NCBI GenBank assembly: GCA_963707985.1
Contig: CAVPRW010000031.1
Coordinates: 192,001 to 256,000 of the forward strand
Direction of reading: 5' to 3'
DNA from: an uncultured Nitrospinota bacterium
Lineage (GTDB): Bacteria; Tectomicrobia; Entotheonellia; J063; CAVPRW01
Length of the DNA stretch: 64,000 nucleotides
The position numbers and the translations under genes are program-made. Below, one piece after another: positions 53,197 through 64,000 of the stretch (position 1 is the stretch's first letter; the number at the start of each line of letters is the position of its first letter). The notes below the pieces were generated by a model that made no database searches, was not told where the DNA came from, and saw nothing but the letters and a program-made list of their open reading frames with translations.

Positions 53197-54348
53197 GTGC
53201 TGCCAAGACCGCATGGAGGACATTTGATTCGACGCATACACCGGGGAGCAGATCGCGACCGCCTGCTTGCAGAGGTCTTCCGACTGCCGCGTCTGGACGT
53301 CAACTCGGAAGTCGCCAGCGACATCGTCAACATCGGTAGTGGTGCTTTCAGCCCTCTGGAGGGATTCATGGGGCTGGACGACCTGCGCGCCACGCTCTTT
53401 GCGAAACGCCTCACCAGCGGCGTCCCCTGGACGATTCCGATCGTGCTGGATATCTCCCGCCAGCAGGCCAACCAACTCGGGGAAGCGGTGGGCCTATGGC
53501 ATGATGGCCACCCGTTGGCCCTGTTGGAGGGAGCACGCGCGTACAGCTACGACCGGCAAGAACTGGCGAAACAGGTCTTTGGGACCCAGGACCCCAAGCA
53601 CCCCGGCGTGGCAAACGTCCTACGCCTGCAAGAGTGCCTGCTGGGCGGCAACCTCCAGGTCTTTGGCGACATCGAAACCCCCTTGGCGCGTTATCGCCTC
53701 ACCCCGCTAGAGACGCGCGTCCTGTTCGAGGCTAAAGGCTGGCGCACGGTTGTGGGCTTTCAAACGCGCAACGTCCCACACCTCGGGCACGAATACGTGC
53801 AGAAGACGGCTTTGACCTTTGTGGATGGTCTCTTCATTCATCCGGTCATCGGCCGCAAGAAGGCTGGCGATTTCAAGGACGAGGTGATTTTACGGACCTA
53901 CGAGGCGCTCGTGCACCATTATTACTTGGGCGAACGCGCGGTGTTGGCCACTCTCCATACCGAGATGCGCTATGCCGGCCCGCGGGAAGCCATCTTTCAC
54001 GCCATCGTGCGGAAGAACTTCGGTTGCACCCATTTCATTGTCGGCCGTGACCATGCCGGAGTAGGCAACTACTATGCGCCGTACGCCGCGCAAGAGATCT
54101 TCGACGACTTTCCCGACCTCGGCATCATCCCGCTCTTTTTCACCGCCTTCTTTTACTGTCGGCGCTGCGCCAGTGTCGCCAACGACAAAACGTGTCCGCA
54201 CGGCGATGACGCCAGAGTGCAGTTTAGCGGCACACTGTTGCGCAGGCTCCTGTCCGAACGCCAGGCCCCGGACGGTCTCATTCGACCCGAGGTTGCTGAC
54301 ATTATCCTCAACCAGGACAATCCCTTCATGGAGGTGAACCACTCATGA
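53197..54348 (+). CDS. sat: Sulfate adenylyltransferase
   Basis: PHGG, FSPLEGFM, FQTRNVPHLGHE, AGPREA, VGRDHAG, CxxC..CPH. Confidence 0.96.
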   Translation: MLPRPHGGHLIRRIHRGADRDRLLAEVFRLPRLDVNSEVASDIVNIGSGAFSPLEGFMGLDDLRATLFAKRLTSGVPWTIPIVLDISRQQANQLGEAVGLWHDGHPLALLEGARAYSYDRQELAKQVFGTQDPKHPGVANVLRLQECLLGGNLQVFGDIETPLARYRLTPLETRVLFEAKGWRTVVGFQTRNVPHLGHEYVQKTALTFVDGLFIHPVIGRKKAGDFKDEVILRTYEALVHHYYLGERAVLATLHTEMRYAGPREAIFHAIVRKNFGCTHFIVGRDHAGVGNYYAPYAAQEIFDDFPDLGIIPLFFTAFFYCRRCASVANDKTCPHGDDARVQFSGTLLRRLLSERQAPDGLIRPEVADIILNQDNPFMEVNHS

Positions 54349-55778
54349 AATGTTTAGTGATTGGACTCGATTGTGCCGCTCCCCAACTCGTGTTCGAGCA
54401 GTGGCGGGAGGAGTTGCCCACCCTGCGGGGCCTGATGGAGCATGGCGCGTATGGCCGGTTGGAGAGCACGCATCCACCGATCACTGTGCCAGCTTGGGCC
54501 TCGATGATGAGCAGCCGTGATCCCGGAGAACTCGGCATCTATGGCTTCCGGAATCGCAAGGATTACTCTTACGACGGGTACATCATCGCTAACGGCACTG
54601 CACTACGCTATGATCGGGTCTGGGATGTGTTGGGGCGGGACGGGAAACAGGTCATTCTGCTGGGTGTGCCACAGACGTATCCGCCTAAACCCATCAATGG
54701 CTACATGGTCACGGACTTTCTGACCCCTTCGACCAAAAGCGAGTACACGTATCCCTCCGAGCTCAAGCCAGAGGTCGAACGTGTCTCCGGTGGCTATGTC
54801 CTCGACGTCGAGGATTTTCGTACTCCCGACAAAGAGGCGCTCCTCAAGCGTGTCTATACCAAGACAGAAAAACATTTTCGTGTCGCCAAGCATTTGATCC
54901 ATAACAAACCCTGGGATTTCTTCATGCTGGTGGAGCTGGGTGTCGACCGGATTCATCACGGCTTCTGGAGCTATATGGATCCGACCCATCCGAAGTATGA
55001 AGCCGGGAACCCCTTTGAGCATGCCATTCGCGATTACTATCGCTATGTCGATCGCGAGGTGGCTGAGCTCCTCGACCTCACTCCCAACGACACGGTGGTG
55101 ATGGTCGTGTCCGATCATGGCGCCAAGAAGATGGACGGCGGCATCTGCTTTAATGAATGGCTCATTGAGCAAGGTTTTCTCTCCGTGGTGAGCTATCCGG
55201 AGCAGCCCACGCCCATTGATAAGGTGACGATCGACTGGTCGAAGACAAAGGCCTGGGGCGACGGCGGCTACTATGGGCGTCTGTTCCTCAATGTCCGCGG
55301 CCGCGAGCCACAGGGGATCGTGGCGCCGGAGGATTATGAGCGCGTCCGAGAGGACCTCATCGAGCGCATCGCCGCCATCACCGACCCGCAGGGGCGTAAT
55401 CTTGGCTCCCGGGCCTATCGGCCGCAGGAACTGTACCGCACCGTCAACGGCGTGCCGCCCGACCTGATCGTCTATTTCGGCGACCTGCATTGGCGTTCCG
55501 TCGGCAGCGTCGGTCTGGGCAGCATGTACACCTTCGATAACGACACCGGACCCGATGAGGCGAATCACGACTGGCACGGCATCTTTATCTTAAATGAGGC
55601 CGGCTGCCGACTGGGCCAGGTTGAGCCAGGGTATAAGGAAGGCTTACGGCTGTATGATGTGGGCCCGACTATTCGCAACCTTTTCGGCTTGCCGCCAGAC
55701 CCAGAGGCGGTGGGGCGGAGTCTGACCGCTTACCAGCCAGGCTTGGGGGCGCGGGTGAAACAGTGGTGGCGGGGGTAA
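54345..55778 (+). CDS. Third AlkP-superfamily protein, translationally coupled to sat
   Basis: IGLDCA, STHPPITVPAW, DRIHH, SDHG, GPDEANH; lacks the LGY tail. Confidence 0.92.
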   Translation: MKCLVIGLDCAAPQLVFEQWREELPTLRGLMEHGAYGRLESTHPPITVPAWASMMSSRDPGELGIYGFRNRKDYSYDGYIIANGTALRYDRVWDVLGRDGKQVILLGVPQTYPPKPINGYMVTDFLTPSTKSEYTYPSELKPEVERVSGGYVLDVEDFRTPDKEALLKRVYTKTEKHFRVAKHLIHNKPWDFFMLVELGVDRIHHGFWSYMDPTHPKYEAGNPFEHAIRDYYRYVDREVAELLDLTPNDTVVMVVSDHGAKKMDGGICFNEWLIEQGFLSVVSYPEQPTPIDKVTIDWSKTKAWGDGGYYGRLFLNVRGREPQGIVAPEDYERVREDLIERIAAITDPQGRNLGSRAYRPQELYRTVNGVPPDLIVYFGDLHWRSVGSVGLGSMYTFDNDTGPDEANHDWHGIFILNEAGCRLGQVEPGYKEGLRLYDVGPTIRNLFGLPPDPEAVGRSLTAYQPGLGARVKQWWRG

Positions 55779-55816
55779 AGGAAGGCAACAAGACAGGTGC
55801 CTCCAGCGAAGACTGC

Positions 55817-55840
55817 AGCCCGCCCGCGACTGGCGGGCTG
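55817..55840 (+). terminator. Hairpin after the cysC-sat-AlkP operon
   Basis: AGCCCGCC...GGCGGGCT stem. Confidence 0.4.
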
Positions 55841-55986
55841 AGCCCTCGACATCTCATCCGCTGCGATCACCTCACGTCATAGGCGCCGACACTCGCCTCA
55901 TGAGATTCCCCTGCCAGTCATACCCATAGGTCATCACCCCATGTGCGTAACGAAGTCATACAACATGACCAGGCCACCGGAGGACA

Positions 55987-56438
55987 TGCCCATGAACCCT
56001 GGACCTAGCGAACACCAGTCAGGTCTCACCTCAACGGACTTCGACAGCCTCGTGCTGCAGTCATCCCTGCCCACGCTGGTCATCTTCGAGAATCCCTCGT
56101 CCATGGCACTGATCCCGGGGCTTGACCAATTAGCAACGACCTTCACAGGGATCTCGCGTCTGGTCAGGGTGGACCTGGCGACGCACCTTGAGCTAGCAGC
56201 ACGTCTCAAAATCAGAGTTGCTCCCACCTTACTCTTCTTTAAGGGGGGAAGGCTGGTCGAGTTTATAGTGGGCCCCGTGCCGACCCAGTTCATTGTCGAA
56301 ATGGTGGCAAATTGCCACCTCTGTCAGCCACCTCTTTTGCAGGGAACGCATCGTCACCGTGGGCGCAAATCAGCGCATCGAGTGGTGCACAGTAAATCAC
56401 CCGAAAGGCCATTTGGCACGCTTGTGGGACGACCTTGA
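55987..56438 (+). CDS. Thioredoxin-fold protein lacking CxxC
   Basis: DFDSLVLQSSLPTLVIF...ELAARLKIRVAPTLLFFKGG; WCGPC absent. Confidence 0.65.
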
Positions 56439-56499
56439 AACAAGCGAATCCCCTCAGCGCACCTAAAGGCACTGGTGAGCGAGTTGGTTCTCCATCTGC

Positions 56500-56710
56500 T
56501 TTACCTCCATGAAATGCGTCCGCTCCCATGCGGACCATCCCCGCTCGCCTCACGATGAGACAGTAGGCGAGGAGCCCCTGGCTGGCCCAGACGTTGGCGT
56601 TGTGCACCAGGGCATTGAGTTACGTCAGCATCTGCTGCGCGGCAAAGCCCTGCTGGCGACGTTTGATCATGCCCAATCCTGCATATCGCCTTTGCTGGGG
56701 ATTTCCATCC
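56500..56710 (-). pseudogene. Transposase C-terminal remnant
   Basis: GLGMIKRRQQGFAAQQMLT*LNALVHNANVWA...GMVRM. Confidence 0.4.
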
Positions 56711-56879
56711 TACCGCCGCGCTGATCAGAGAGAAGCACAAAGGCCACATGACCGCCATCGGGACGTTCATATGGATCCGCTCGCGACAGGTAAGGCCACC
56801 ACCGATTTTGACCAACGTCCTACCCAGCAATACGTTGCCGCTAGTGTGGGCGAAAATTAGGTACCTAAGGAAAACAGGA

Positions 56880-58406
56880 ATGAGACAGAGAGTCAATCGT
56901 CGTCAGGCGCTCAAGCTCATTGGCGGGACGGTTGCGACCCTGCCCTTAAGGAAACTGGCAGGCGGGGCAAATATAATACCGGGAGGCGCCGCGCCACGCA
57001 CCGCGCCCAACATCATTCTCATCCTGACGGATGATCAACAACAGGCTGCAATGAGTGCTTACGGTAACCAAATTCTCCAAACACCGAATATGGATCGTAT
57101 CGCATCAGAGGGCATCCGTTTCACTGAAGCGTTTGTCACCAACTCGCTCTGTGCGCCGAGTCGCGCGTCTATCCTCACGGGACTTTACTCACACGCACAT
57201 GGCGTCATAACCAACGGAGGCGGCCCCACAAGCTGGAATCAACCTGGGTTTCGGGACGACCAGATAACCTTCGTTCACTTGCTTCGGCAGGTTGGTTATC
57301 ATACGGCGCTCGCAGGCAAGTGGCATCTTCGCTCTTGGCCTACAGGCTTCGACCAGTGGATCATCTTGCCCGGACAAGGTGTTTACCAAGATCCTGAGAT
57401 GATTGCGAATGGCGTCCGTGTGAAGTTTCGCGGTCACGTCGAGGATGTGATAGGTGATCAGGCACTCACTTTCCTGCAGCAGAAGCCAAAGGACAAACCG
57501 TTTTGCCTGCTCTACCAATTCAAAGCGCCTCATAGATCGTGGCTTCCTGCCAGTCGGTTCGAGAAGATGTTCGAGGATGTAGAGATACCAGTTCCACGTA
57601 CGTTCGAGGATCGTTTGGAAGGACGACCCGAAGCCGTCCGCAAAGCGGAGATGGCCATAGCGGACATACCGGATTTCAGCGATCGGGGCGTGCCAGAGTC
57701 ATTACCTCGTGAGGAGCGGAAGCGGAGAAATCTGCAACTTCTCGTTAAGAATTACTATCGCGTCTTGCTCGGCGTCGATGAAAATGTCGGTAGAGTATTA
57801 GATTTTCTTGACACGAACGGTCTCACAGAAAACACCGTGATCGTATACACATCAGACAATGGGTTCTTCTTAGGTGAGCATGGCCTCTTTGATAAACGCT
57901 TGATGTATGAGCCGTCAATCCGCGTGCCGATGATGCTACGCTTCCCAGCGCGCGTACACGCAGGCCATACGGACACAAACCACATGGTTTTGAATATCGA
58001 TATTGCATCGACCCTTTTGGAATTGGCGGGTGTACCCGTCCCCTCGTGGATGCATGGACGGAGTTGGCTTCCCATACTCGAAGGAGGGGAAACGCCATGG
58101 CGCGATGCTTTTCTCTATGAATACTATGAGTACCCAGCGATGCATTGTGTCCGCAAGAATCGGGGCGTGCGGACCGATCAATGGAAACTTATGCACTTCT
58201 GGGAGCAGCCCGAGGAATGGGAGCTTTACAACCTTCAGAACGACCCTGACGAAACGAAGAATCTGGCTGCTCGCGCTGAACATGCTGACCGCCTCAGACA
58301 ACTGCAGTCGAAACTCGAAGGGCTCCGGCGTGAGGTTGGCGATGTTGATCCGCCAGGCCCTGCTCCAGCTGTTGTTTCCTGTACGAGCGGCATCGGAAAT
58401 AAGTGA
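56880..58406 (+). CDS. Tat-exported formylglycine-type sulfatase
   Basis: NRRQALK Tat motif, PNIILILTDD, LCAPSRASILTG (CxPxR), GKWHL, SDNG, DKRLMYE. Confidence 0.94.
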   Translation: MRQRVNRRQALKLIGGTVATLPLRKLAGGANIIPGGAAPRTAPNIILILTDDQQQAAMSAYGNQILQTPNMDRIASEGIRFTEAFVTNSLCAPSRASILTGLYSHAHGVITNGGGPTSWNQPGFRDDQITFVHLLRQVGYHTALAGKWHLRSWPTGFDQWIILPGQGVYQDPEMIANGVRVKFRGHVEDVIGDQALTFLQQKPKDKPFCLLYQFKAPHRSWLPASRFEKMFEDVEIPVPRTFEDRLEGRPEAVRKAEMAIADIPDFSDRGVPESLPREERKRRNLQLLVKNYYRVLLGVDENVGRVLDFLDTNGLTENTVIVYTSDNGFFLGEHGLFDKRLMYEPSIRVPMMLRFPARVHAGHTDTNHMVLNIDIASTLLELAGVPVPSWMHGRSWLPILEGGETPWRDAFLYEYYEYPAMHCVRKNRGVRTDQWKLMHFWEQPEEWELYNLQNDPDETKNLAARAEHADRLRQLQSKLEGLRREVGDVDPPGPAPAVVSCTSGIGNK

Positions 58407-58478
58407 CTCGAGGACTGAATACAAGTTGTGCGATCTTACATGTAAGTACAGCAGCCTTCCTGGCACATGGAGGCTTTG

Positions 58479-59327
58479 ATGATGACAATGACGAGAACAC
58501 GTCGGGTGCTGCCAGGGTTTGGGATCACGCTGGGGTTCACCTTGCTGTATCTGAGCCTCATCGTCCTGATTCCGCTGTCGACGGTATTGCTGAAAACGGC
58601 CACGTTGAGCTGGAGCGAATTCTGGGCCACAGTCACCTCCGCTCGCACCTTGGCTGCCTATCGCCTCAGCCTCGAGACCGCCTGGATCGCTGCCTCAGTG
58701 AATGTCATCGCTGGCCTCCTGGTGGCGTGGGTACTGGTGCGATACCGTTTTCCTGGGAAGCGCTTCATCGATGGCCTGGTGGACCTGCCGTTTGCGCTGC
58801 CGACCGCGGTGGCAGGCATCGCGCTCACCAGTCTCTACGCCAGCAACGGCTGGATTGGTAGCTACCTCGAGGCCTTGGGCCTCAAGATCGCCTATACGCC
58901 AACAGGCATTGTCATTGCCCTCATCTTCATCGGGCTGCCCTTCGTGGTCCGGACGGTTGAGCCGGTGCTGCAGGATTTCGATGCCGCCGTTGAGGAGGCA
59001 GCGGCAAGTCTTGGGGCGAGTCGTTGGCAAACCTTCATGCGGGTGATCATGCCCGAGCTCTTGCCGGCGCTCTTAACCGGATTTGCGCTGGCGTTTGCCC
59101 GCGGGCTTGGGGAGTATGGCTCGGTGATTTTTATCGCCGGTAATCTGCCGCTGCGCACAGAAATCACGCCGCTGTTGATCATGATCAAGCTCGAACAGTT
59201 CGACTATGCGGGCGCGACAGCCATAGCGTTGGTCTTCCTCAGCCTCTCCTTCGCGCTCCTGTTGGGCATCAACGTCCTGCAATGGAAACGGAGTGCGTCA
59301 GCACTCGCCGCCAAGGAGACCCGTTAG
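58479..59327 (+). CDS. cysT: Sulfate ABC transporter permease
   Basis: [42 protein letters not shown]. Confidence 0.95.
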   Translation: MMTMTRTRRVLPGFGITLGFTLLYLSLIVLIPLSTVLLKTATLSWSEFWATVTSARTLAAYRLSLETAWIAASVNVIAGLLVAWVLVRYRFPGKRFIDGLVDLPFALPTAVAGIALTSLYASNGWIGSYLEALGLKIAYTPTGIVIALIFIGLPFVVRTVEPVLQDFDAAVEEAAASLGASRWQTFMRVIMPELLPALLTGFALAFARGLGEYGSVIFIAGNLPLRTEITPLLIMIKLEQFDYAGATAIALVFLSLSFALLLGINVLQWKRSASALAAKETR

Positions 59328-59329
59328 CC

Positions 59330-60229
59330 GTGTCTATCGCAGGTAAGCTCACTGCTGGAACGGGGGCGGCGCCTACGGCCCTGACGGAACCGGGCGTGAT
59401 CCGCTGGGGTCTGATTGGGCTGGCTCTAGCCTACCTTGGAATATTCCTGGTGGTACCACTGCTGGCGATATTCGTCAAAGCTTTGCAGCAAGGCATTGCC
59501 GTCTATTGGTCCGCCATTAGTGATCCGGTCGCGCTGGCAGCCATTCAGCTCACACTGCTGACCGCAGCCATCGCGGTGCCGCTGAATGTGCTCTTTGGGC
59601 TGATGGCCTCATGGACAGTGGCGAAGTTCGAATTCCCCGGCAAACATCTTTTGATCACGTTGATCGACCTGCCGTTCAGCGTCTCGCCCGTCATCTCCGG
59701 GATGATCTTTGTGTTGTTGTGTGGCCGGCAAGGGGTGTTTGGTCCCTGGTTGGCGGAGCATGAGATCAAGATCGTGTTCGCCCTCCCTGGTATCGTTCTG
59801 GCCACGATCTTTGTGACCTTTCCCTATGTGGCGCGCGAGTTGATCCCGCTCATGCAAGCGCAAGGCAGCGATGAAGAAGAGGCGGCCTTGACTCTTGGCG
59901 CCAACGGCTGGCAAACCTTCTGGCGCGTCACGCTGCCCAGCGTGAAATGGGGGCTGCTGTACGGCGTCATTCTGTGTAATGCCCGGGCCATGGGGGAATT
60001 TGGCGCGGTCTCGGTCGTGTCCGGACATATTCGTGGACTCACCAACACCATCCCTCTCCACGTGGAAATTCTCTACAATGAGTACCAGTTTACCGCCGCG
60101 TTTGCGGTGGCGTCGCTGTTGTGCCTACTGGCCCTGGTGACCTTGATCGCCAAGCATGCGGTCGAACGGAAGATGGGACAGCATGCGACTCGTGCCACGC
60201 CAGAGCCCACCAGGAGACAGGTGCCATGA
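59330..60229 (+). CDS. cysW: Sulfate ABC transporter permease
   Basis: [34 protein letters not shown]. Confidence 0.95.
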   Translation: MSIAGKLTAGTGAAPTALTEPGVIRWGLIGLALAYLGIFLVVPLLAIFVKALQQGIAVYWSAISDPVALAAIQLTLLTAAIAVPLNVLFGLMASWTVAKFEFPGKHLLITLIDLPFSVSPVISGMIFVLLCGRQGVFGPWLAEHEIKIVFALPGIVLATIFVTFPYVARELIPLMQAQGSDEEEAALTLGANGWQTFWRVTLPSVKWGLLYGVILCNARAMGEFGAVSVVSGHIRGLTNTIPLHVEILYNEYQFTAAFAVASLLCLLALVTLIAKHAVERKMGQHATRATPEPTRRQVP

Positions 60230-61379
60230 GCATCGAGCTGCAGGGCATCACAAAAACCTTCGGTGACTTCACAGCTCTCCATGACGTGCAGTGCACCATT
60301 GCCACCGGCAAACTGGTCGCGCTGCTTGGGCCCTCCGGCTCTGGGAAGACGACGCTCCTGCGTATCATCGCTGGCCTCGAAGTACCGGAGCGCGGCAGCT
60401 GTGCTGTTCGAAGGCGCGGATGTGACGCATCGACGTGCGAGCGACCGGCACGTGGGGTTTGTCTTTCAACATTACGCGCTGTTTCGGCATCATGACCGTG
60501 TTTGAAAACATCGCCTTTGGACTGCGCGTCAAGCCCCGTCGCGAGCGGCCTTCAGAGACTGTGCTGACAGCCAGAGTGCGAGAGCTCCTGCGACTCGTAC
60601 AGCTTGAGCCGCTGGCCAGGCGGTATCCCTCGCAGCTGTCGGGGGGACAGCGTCAGCGTGTAGCGCTCGCCAGAGCCCTGGCTGTCCAACCGCAGATCTT
60701 GTTGCTTGATGAACCATTTGGCGCCCTGGATGCCAGGGTCAGGCAGGAGTTGCGGCGCTGGCTCAGGCGGTTGCACGATGACATCGGCATTACCAGCGTC
60801 TTCGTCACGCATGACCAGGAGGAGGCGCTGGAGCTTGCCGATAGTGTCGTGGTCATGCGCGAGGGCCACATCGAGCAGATCGGTACCCCTGAGGAGGTCT
60901 ACGAACATCCGGCGACCCCCTTCGTCTATCGCTTTCTTGGCAATGTCAACCTGTTTCACGGGCGCATGGAAGCCGGCACGGTGCACGTCGGGGATTTCAC
61001 TCTGGAATTGCCGCTGGGAACACCACCAGAGGCGACTTCTGCCGCGATGCTCCGCCGCTATGTCGAAGACAGTGGGGAGTACTGCGCCTTTCCGCATGCC
61101 ATCCCGGCCATGGTATTTGCCCGGCCCCATCTCTTGGAGATCGAGCATCGGCCGACCGCCCAGCCCCACTTCCGGGCCACCATTACCCACCTCAACGCCG
61201 CCGGGCCTGTCGTCAAGGTCGAGCTCACCACCTCGAGCGGGGCGGCGGTGCATGTCGAGCTGTCCCAGGAGCGCTACCGTCAGCTACAATTGCAGAAAGG
61301 CATCGAGGTGTTCGTCAGTGTGAAGGATATGCACGTCTTCACCGAGGACTCTGGCATGATCGCGGAGGACGTCGAATAG
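60226..61379 (+). CDS. cysA: Sulfate ABC transporter ATPase; frameshifts at 60400-60490
   Basis: [38 protein letters not shown] domain. Confidence 0.92.
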
Positions 61380-61590
61380 CTGCCCATTGAGTTCCAGGTC
61401 CCGCATTACCCCGCTCGGCGCATCCCATCACCTTCCCTCGCCGTGAATGCCCCTCCTTGCAGCGGCCGCGTCGCCGTGTCCATGAATCTCCGCCAATCAC
61501 CTGGTCGTCGGGGACGGTAAGGTCGATAAAGACCGGGTCTCCATACGCTAAATCAGACCACACACGATGCGTGCACATGATCGGCAGCGG

Positions 61591-61645
61591 CAAATCCCCC
61601 AGCGCGTCGCACTCCCCCTTTGACAAAGGGGGGCAGGGGGGATTT
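61591..61645. repeat. REP-like palindromic element
   Basis: AAATCCCCC...CCCCCTTTGACAAAGGGGG...GGGGGATTT nested inverted repeat. Confidence 0.6.
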
Positions 61646-61689
61646 TTCTAGCGACGGCACACACCGGTGTCCCAATGTCGTGTGGTTCG

Positions 61690-61965
61690 ATGTTAGCCGT
61701 TCGCTCGATCCGCGCCCAGGTATCCATCGGCGGCATCATGTGAGTCGACTGGTGATGCAACACGCCGTGAAGGCGGCTAGACGGAAAGCAACGATCGCCG
61801 AGGCTGCGAGCTGTCATACCTCTCGGCACTCGTGTGCCACACATGGGCCCGAAGTCTGTCCCGATATTCGGACGGTCCAGGCATGACTCGGCCATAGGGA
61901 CGTGAACATCACGATGATCTCTACGCACATTCGGAGCACCACCTGCCATCAGCGGTCTTAGCCGA
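61690..61965 (+). pseudogene. Integron integrase C-terminal remnant
   Basis: SLDPRPGIHRRHH (IntI-specific insert), CHTSRHSCATH, DIRTVQA*LGHRDV. Confidence 0.75.
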
Positions 61966-62109
61966 CTACCTGGCTCCAGTGTAGACAGAGGCGCCGGCCT
62001 TGACCATGATGCACCCCTCGCAGCCGGGGGACACATCCAGGCTGATCGCGAAGGGCGTTGAGCGGGTGGAGCCCGTGACCGCGGAGGTGGCTGCGAAGTC
62101 GCACAACGG

Positions 62110-63230
62110 TACAGACCGGGTACACTGGTGACCGTTTAGACCGGCAACATCGGTGACCGTCTGCTCAGGTGCAGGCGCATCAGGAGGTGCGCCATGCCGT
62201 GGAAAGAGACCGAGCCGATGATTGAACGCACGCAGTGCATCGCGGCTTACCTGAGCCACGTATACTCTATGACCGAGCGCTGCGAGCGCTTCGGCATGCG
62301 TCGCCACACCGGCTCCACGTGGGTACGCCGCTGATACCGCGCAACGGACCGGCGGGGCTCCCGGAGCAGAGCCGTGCGCCACACCGCTCCCCCCACCGTA
62401 TGTCAGAGGCGGTGGCAGCGGTCCTCTTGGAAGCCAAACGGGCTCACCGGCACTGGGGTCCGCGCCAGATGCTGCCTGACCTCGCACGCCGTCGGCCGGA
62501 CCTGGCCCGGCCGGCGCCGCGCACCGTGGGCGCGCGGTGCCAACGCGCCGGCTGAAGGCAAGCGCGCACACGCCGCCGGGGGCACCGACAGCCAGGGGCC
62601 ATCGCCGTGCAGGCCGAGCCCCCGAACGCCGTCTGGACGGCGGACTGCAAGGGCCCGTTCCGCCCTGGCGCTGGCCTCTCCTGCTCCCCCTTGACGGTGG
62701 CCGACGCCTACCGCCGCTTTCTCTGAGGTGGCTCGGCGCGGCTCTCGACCCAGCAGGTGGAGGCCCGCCCCATCTTCGCGCCCCTGTTCCCGGACGATGG
62801 CCTGCCCGACGCGATGCGCACGGACAACGGCCCGCCATTCGCCACCCCGGCCTTCTGCGGCCTGAGCCAGCTCTCCGTGTGGGGGATCACGCTTGGCAGC
62901 CGCCCTCAACGCCTTGAACCGGGGCGCCCAGAGCAGCACGGGGCACACGAGCGCAGGCACCGCCCCCTCCAACGCTGAAGCCACCCGGCCACCGGCGCAC
63001 CACCAGGCGGCACCACCAGCACGCGTCGACCGCTGCCGCCGTGCGTACAACGACGAGCGCCCCCATGACGCCCTGAACCACAGGACACCGGCCGCAACGG
63101 GATGGAGCAGCGCTTGGTCATCCGTCCGTGCCCGTTGGCCCGGGCCGGGCAGGGGGGAGCGCCCACTGCGGCGGCGACGCCTGCCGGGATGCGCCAAAGC
63201 CTGTGGCCGGAGTGAGGCGTGGAGGTGACG
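62110..63230 (+). mobile_element. Degenerate IS481-family element
   Basis: MPWKETEPMIER start at 62194, WTADCKG, LTVADA, TDNGPPF, YNDERPH; many stops; repeated GGTGACCGT at the left end; boundaries approximate. Confidence 0.8.
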
Positions 63231-64000
63231 GCCAGCGTTGCAGGAAGCAGTGGCTACGGCCAAGACCACGCTGGCCGTGTTATCTGTCGGCAGCCCAACA
63301 GGGGCCACGGCTCATCTGACGGCTGAACACCTGCTGGATGCCTTTCAAGGCCTGATGCCCACCATCATCCGGGAAGGCCGTCGTCGGCGCCGTCATCTCA
63401 CGCCTCTTGCTCACCTGCACCAAGGGTCCTCGGGCTCCTGGACTTCTCGGCGGACATTTACACGCGCCTCTGTGCCGATTCTCGCAAACTGCCCTGAAAA
63501 TGAGCGAACCATGAGCAGAAAGTAAGGACTAGGACAATCTAGGTTCAAAAGGCTAGCGTGAGCTGCCGAACCCGAGCTTGGAGTGCACAAGAATGAGTCT
63601 CTCAGATTTTAGGCATATGGCCGGTCGCTTACGTGACGATTTCTTAGGCGGTTCTTGTTACAATGACGGTCGGCTGCGGAGAGGTGCAAAGGGCAATGTT
63701 GAGATTCCCAATGGAGCTTGGCGATTACAGCTCTCTTATATGGCTAGTGGCGAAAAGACTAGCGTCTCAGTTGTCGAGAGTTCTATCGACTCATAGCAAG
63801 GACGTCGACGCAGGGAGATCTGCAAGAGATCCTTGAACAGTTAAAAGAGCGTTCTGACGCATGCACGTTGGGAAGGCTCACTTTCTGGAGTTCGAGCGCT
63901 AGCTGGGCCGAGAACGACCTTCTGATCCTGCATGTCTGAGGCTGCGATAACGCGCACCCTATTTCTAGAGGCGTCCTTCGACGCGAGTGAAGCGCTGCGG

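Noticed and set aside
63500..64000. Integron gene cassette
   Set aside because: No complete attC site or intact ORF could be identified
1..64000. CRISPR array, rRNA or tRNA genes
   Set aside because: No regularly spaced direct repeats or recognisable RNA gene motifs seen by eye

Overview
GC-rich (about 60% by eye) bacterial accessory region. Gene content and transposase types resemble Candidatus Tectomicrobia/Entotheonella-like genomes (inference only). Many genes carry single-base frameshifts that look like long-read indel errors, so split ORFs were rejoined by hand. Layout: (i) 0-19 kb: a decayed DUF5678/aspartyl-protease pair, an IS remnant, a sigma54 activator, an ECF sigma/anti-sigma/Spy module, an NHL + class III aminotransferase + two D-threonine-aldolase-like genes, and a sigma54-driven cluster of unknown exported proteins; a ~900 bp inverted duplication brackets 3-13 kb. 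(ii) 19-28 kb: pseudogenes, an IS21-derived mini-element and a GAF-GAF kinase/NtrC pair. (iii) 28.8-61.4 kb: a large glycoconjugate locus (GT2-GT4 fusion, methyltransferase, MFP, TolC, acyltransferase, flippase, GT-C, GH-like proteins, PhoD) joined to sulfate uptake and activation (cysTWA, Tat sulfatase, sat, cysC). (iv) 61.5-64 kb: integron-integrase and IS481 remnants. Most interesting: the locus can make PAPS but has no recognisable sulfotransferase. It instead has three cytoplasmic AlkP-superfamily enzymes, a C-terminal RLxxLGY[IL][DE] helix shared by two of them and by a CysC-RHH fusion, and an unannotated 30-aa membrane peptide ending in DLDYDI. This suggests a non-canonical, possibly tyrosine-relayed, sulfation system (hypothesis). 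No rRNA, tRNA or CRISPR array was seen.
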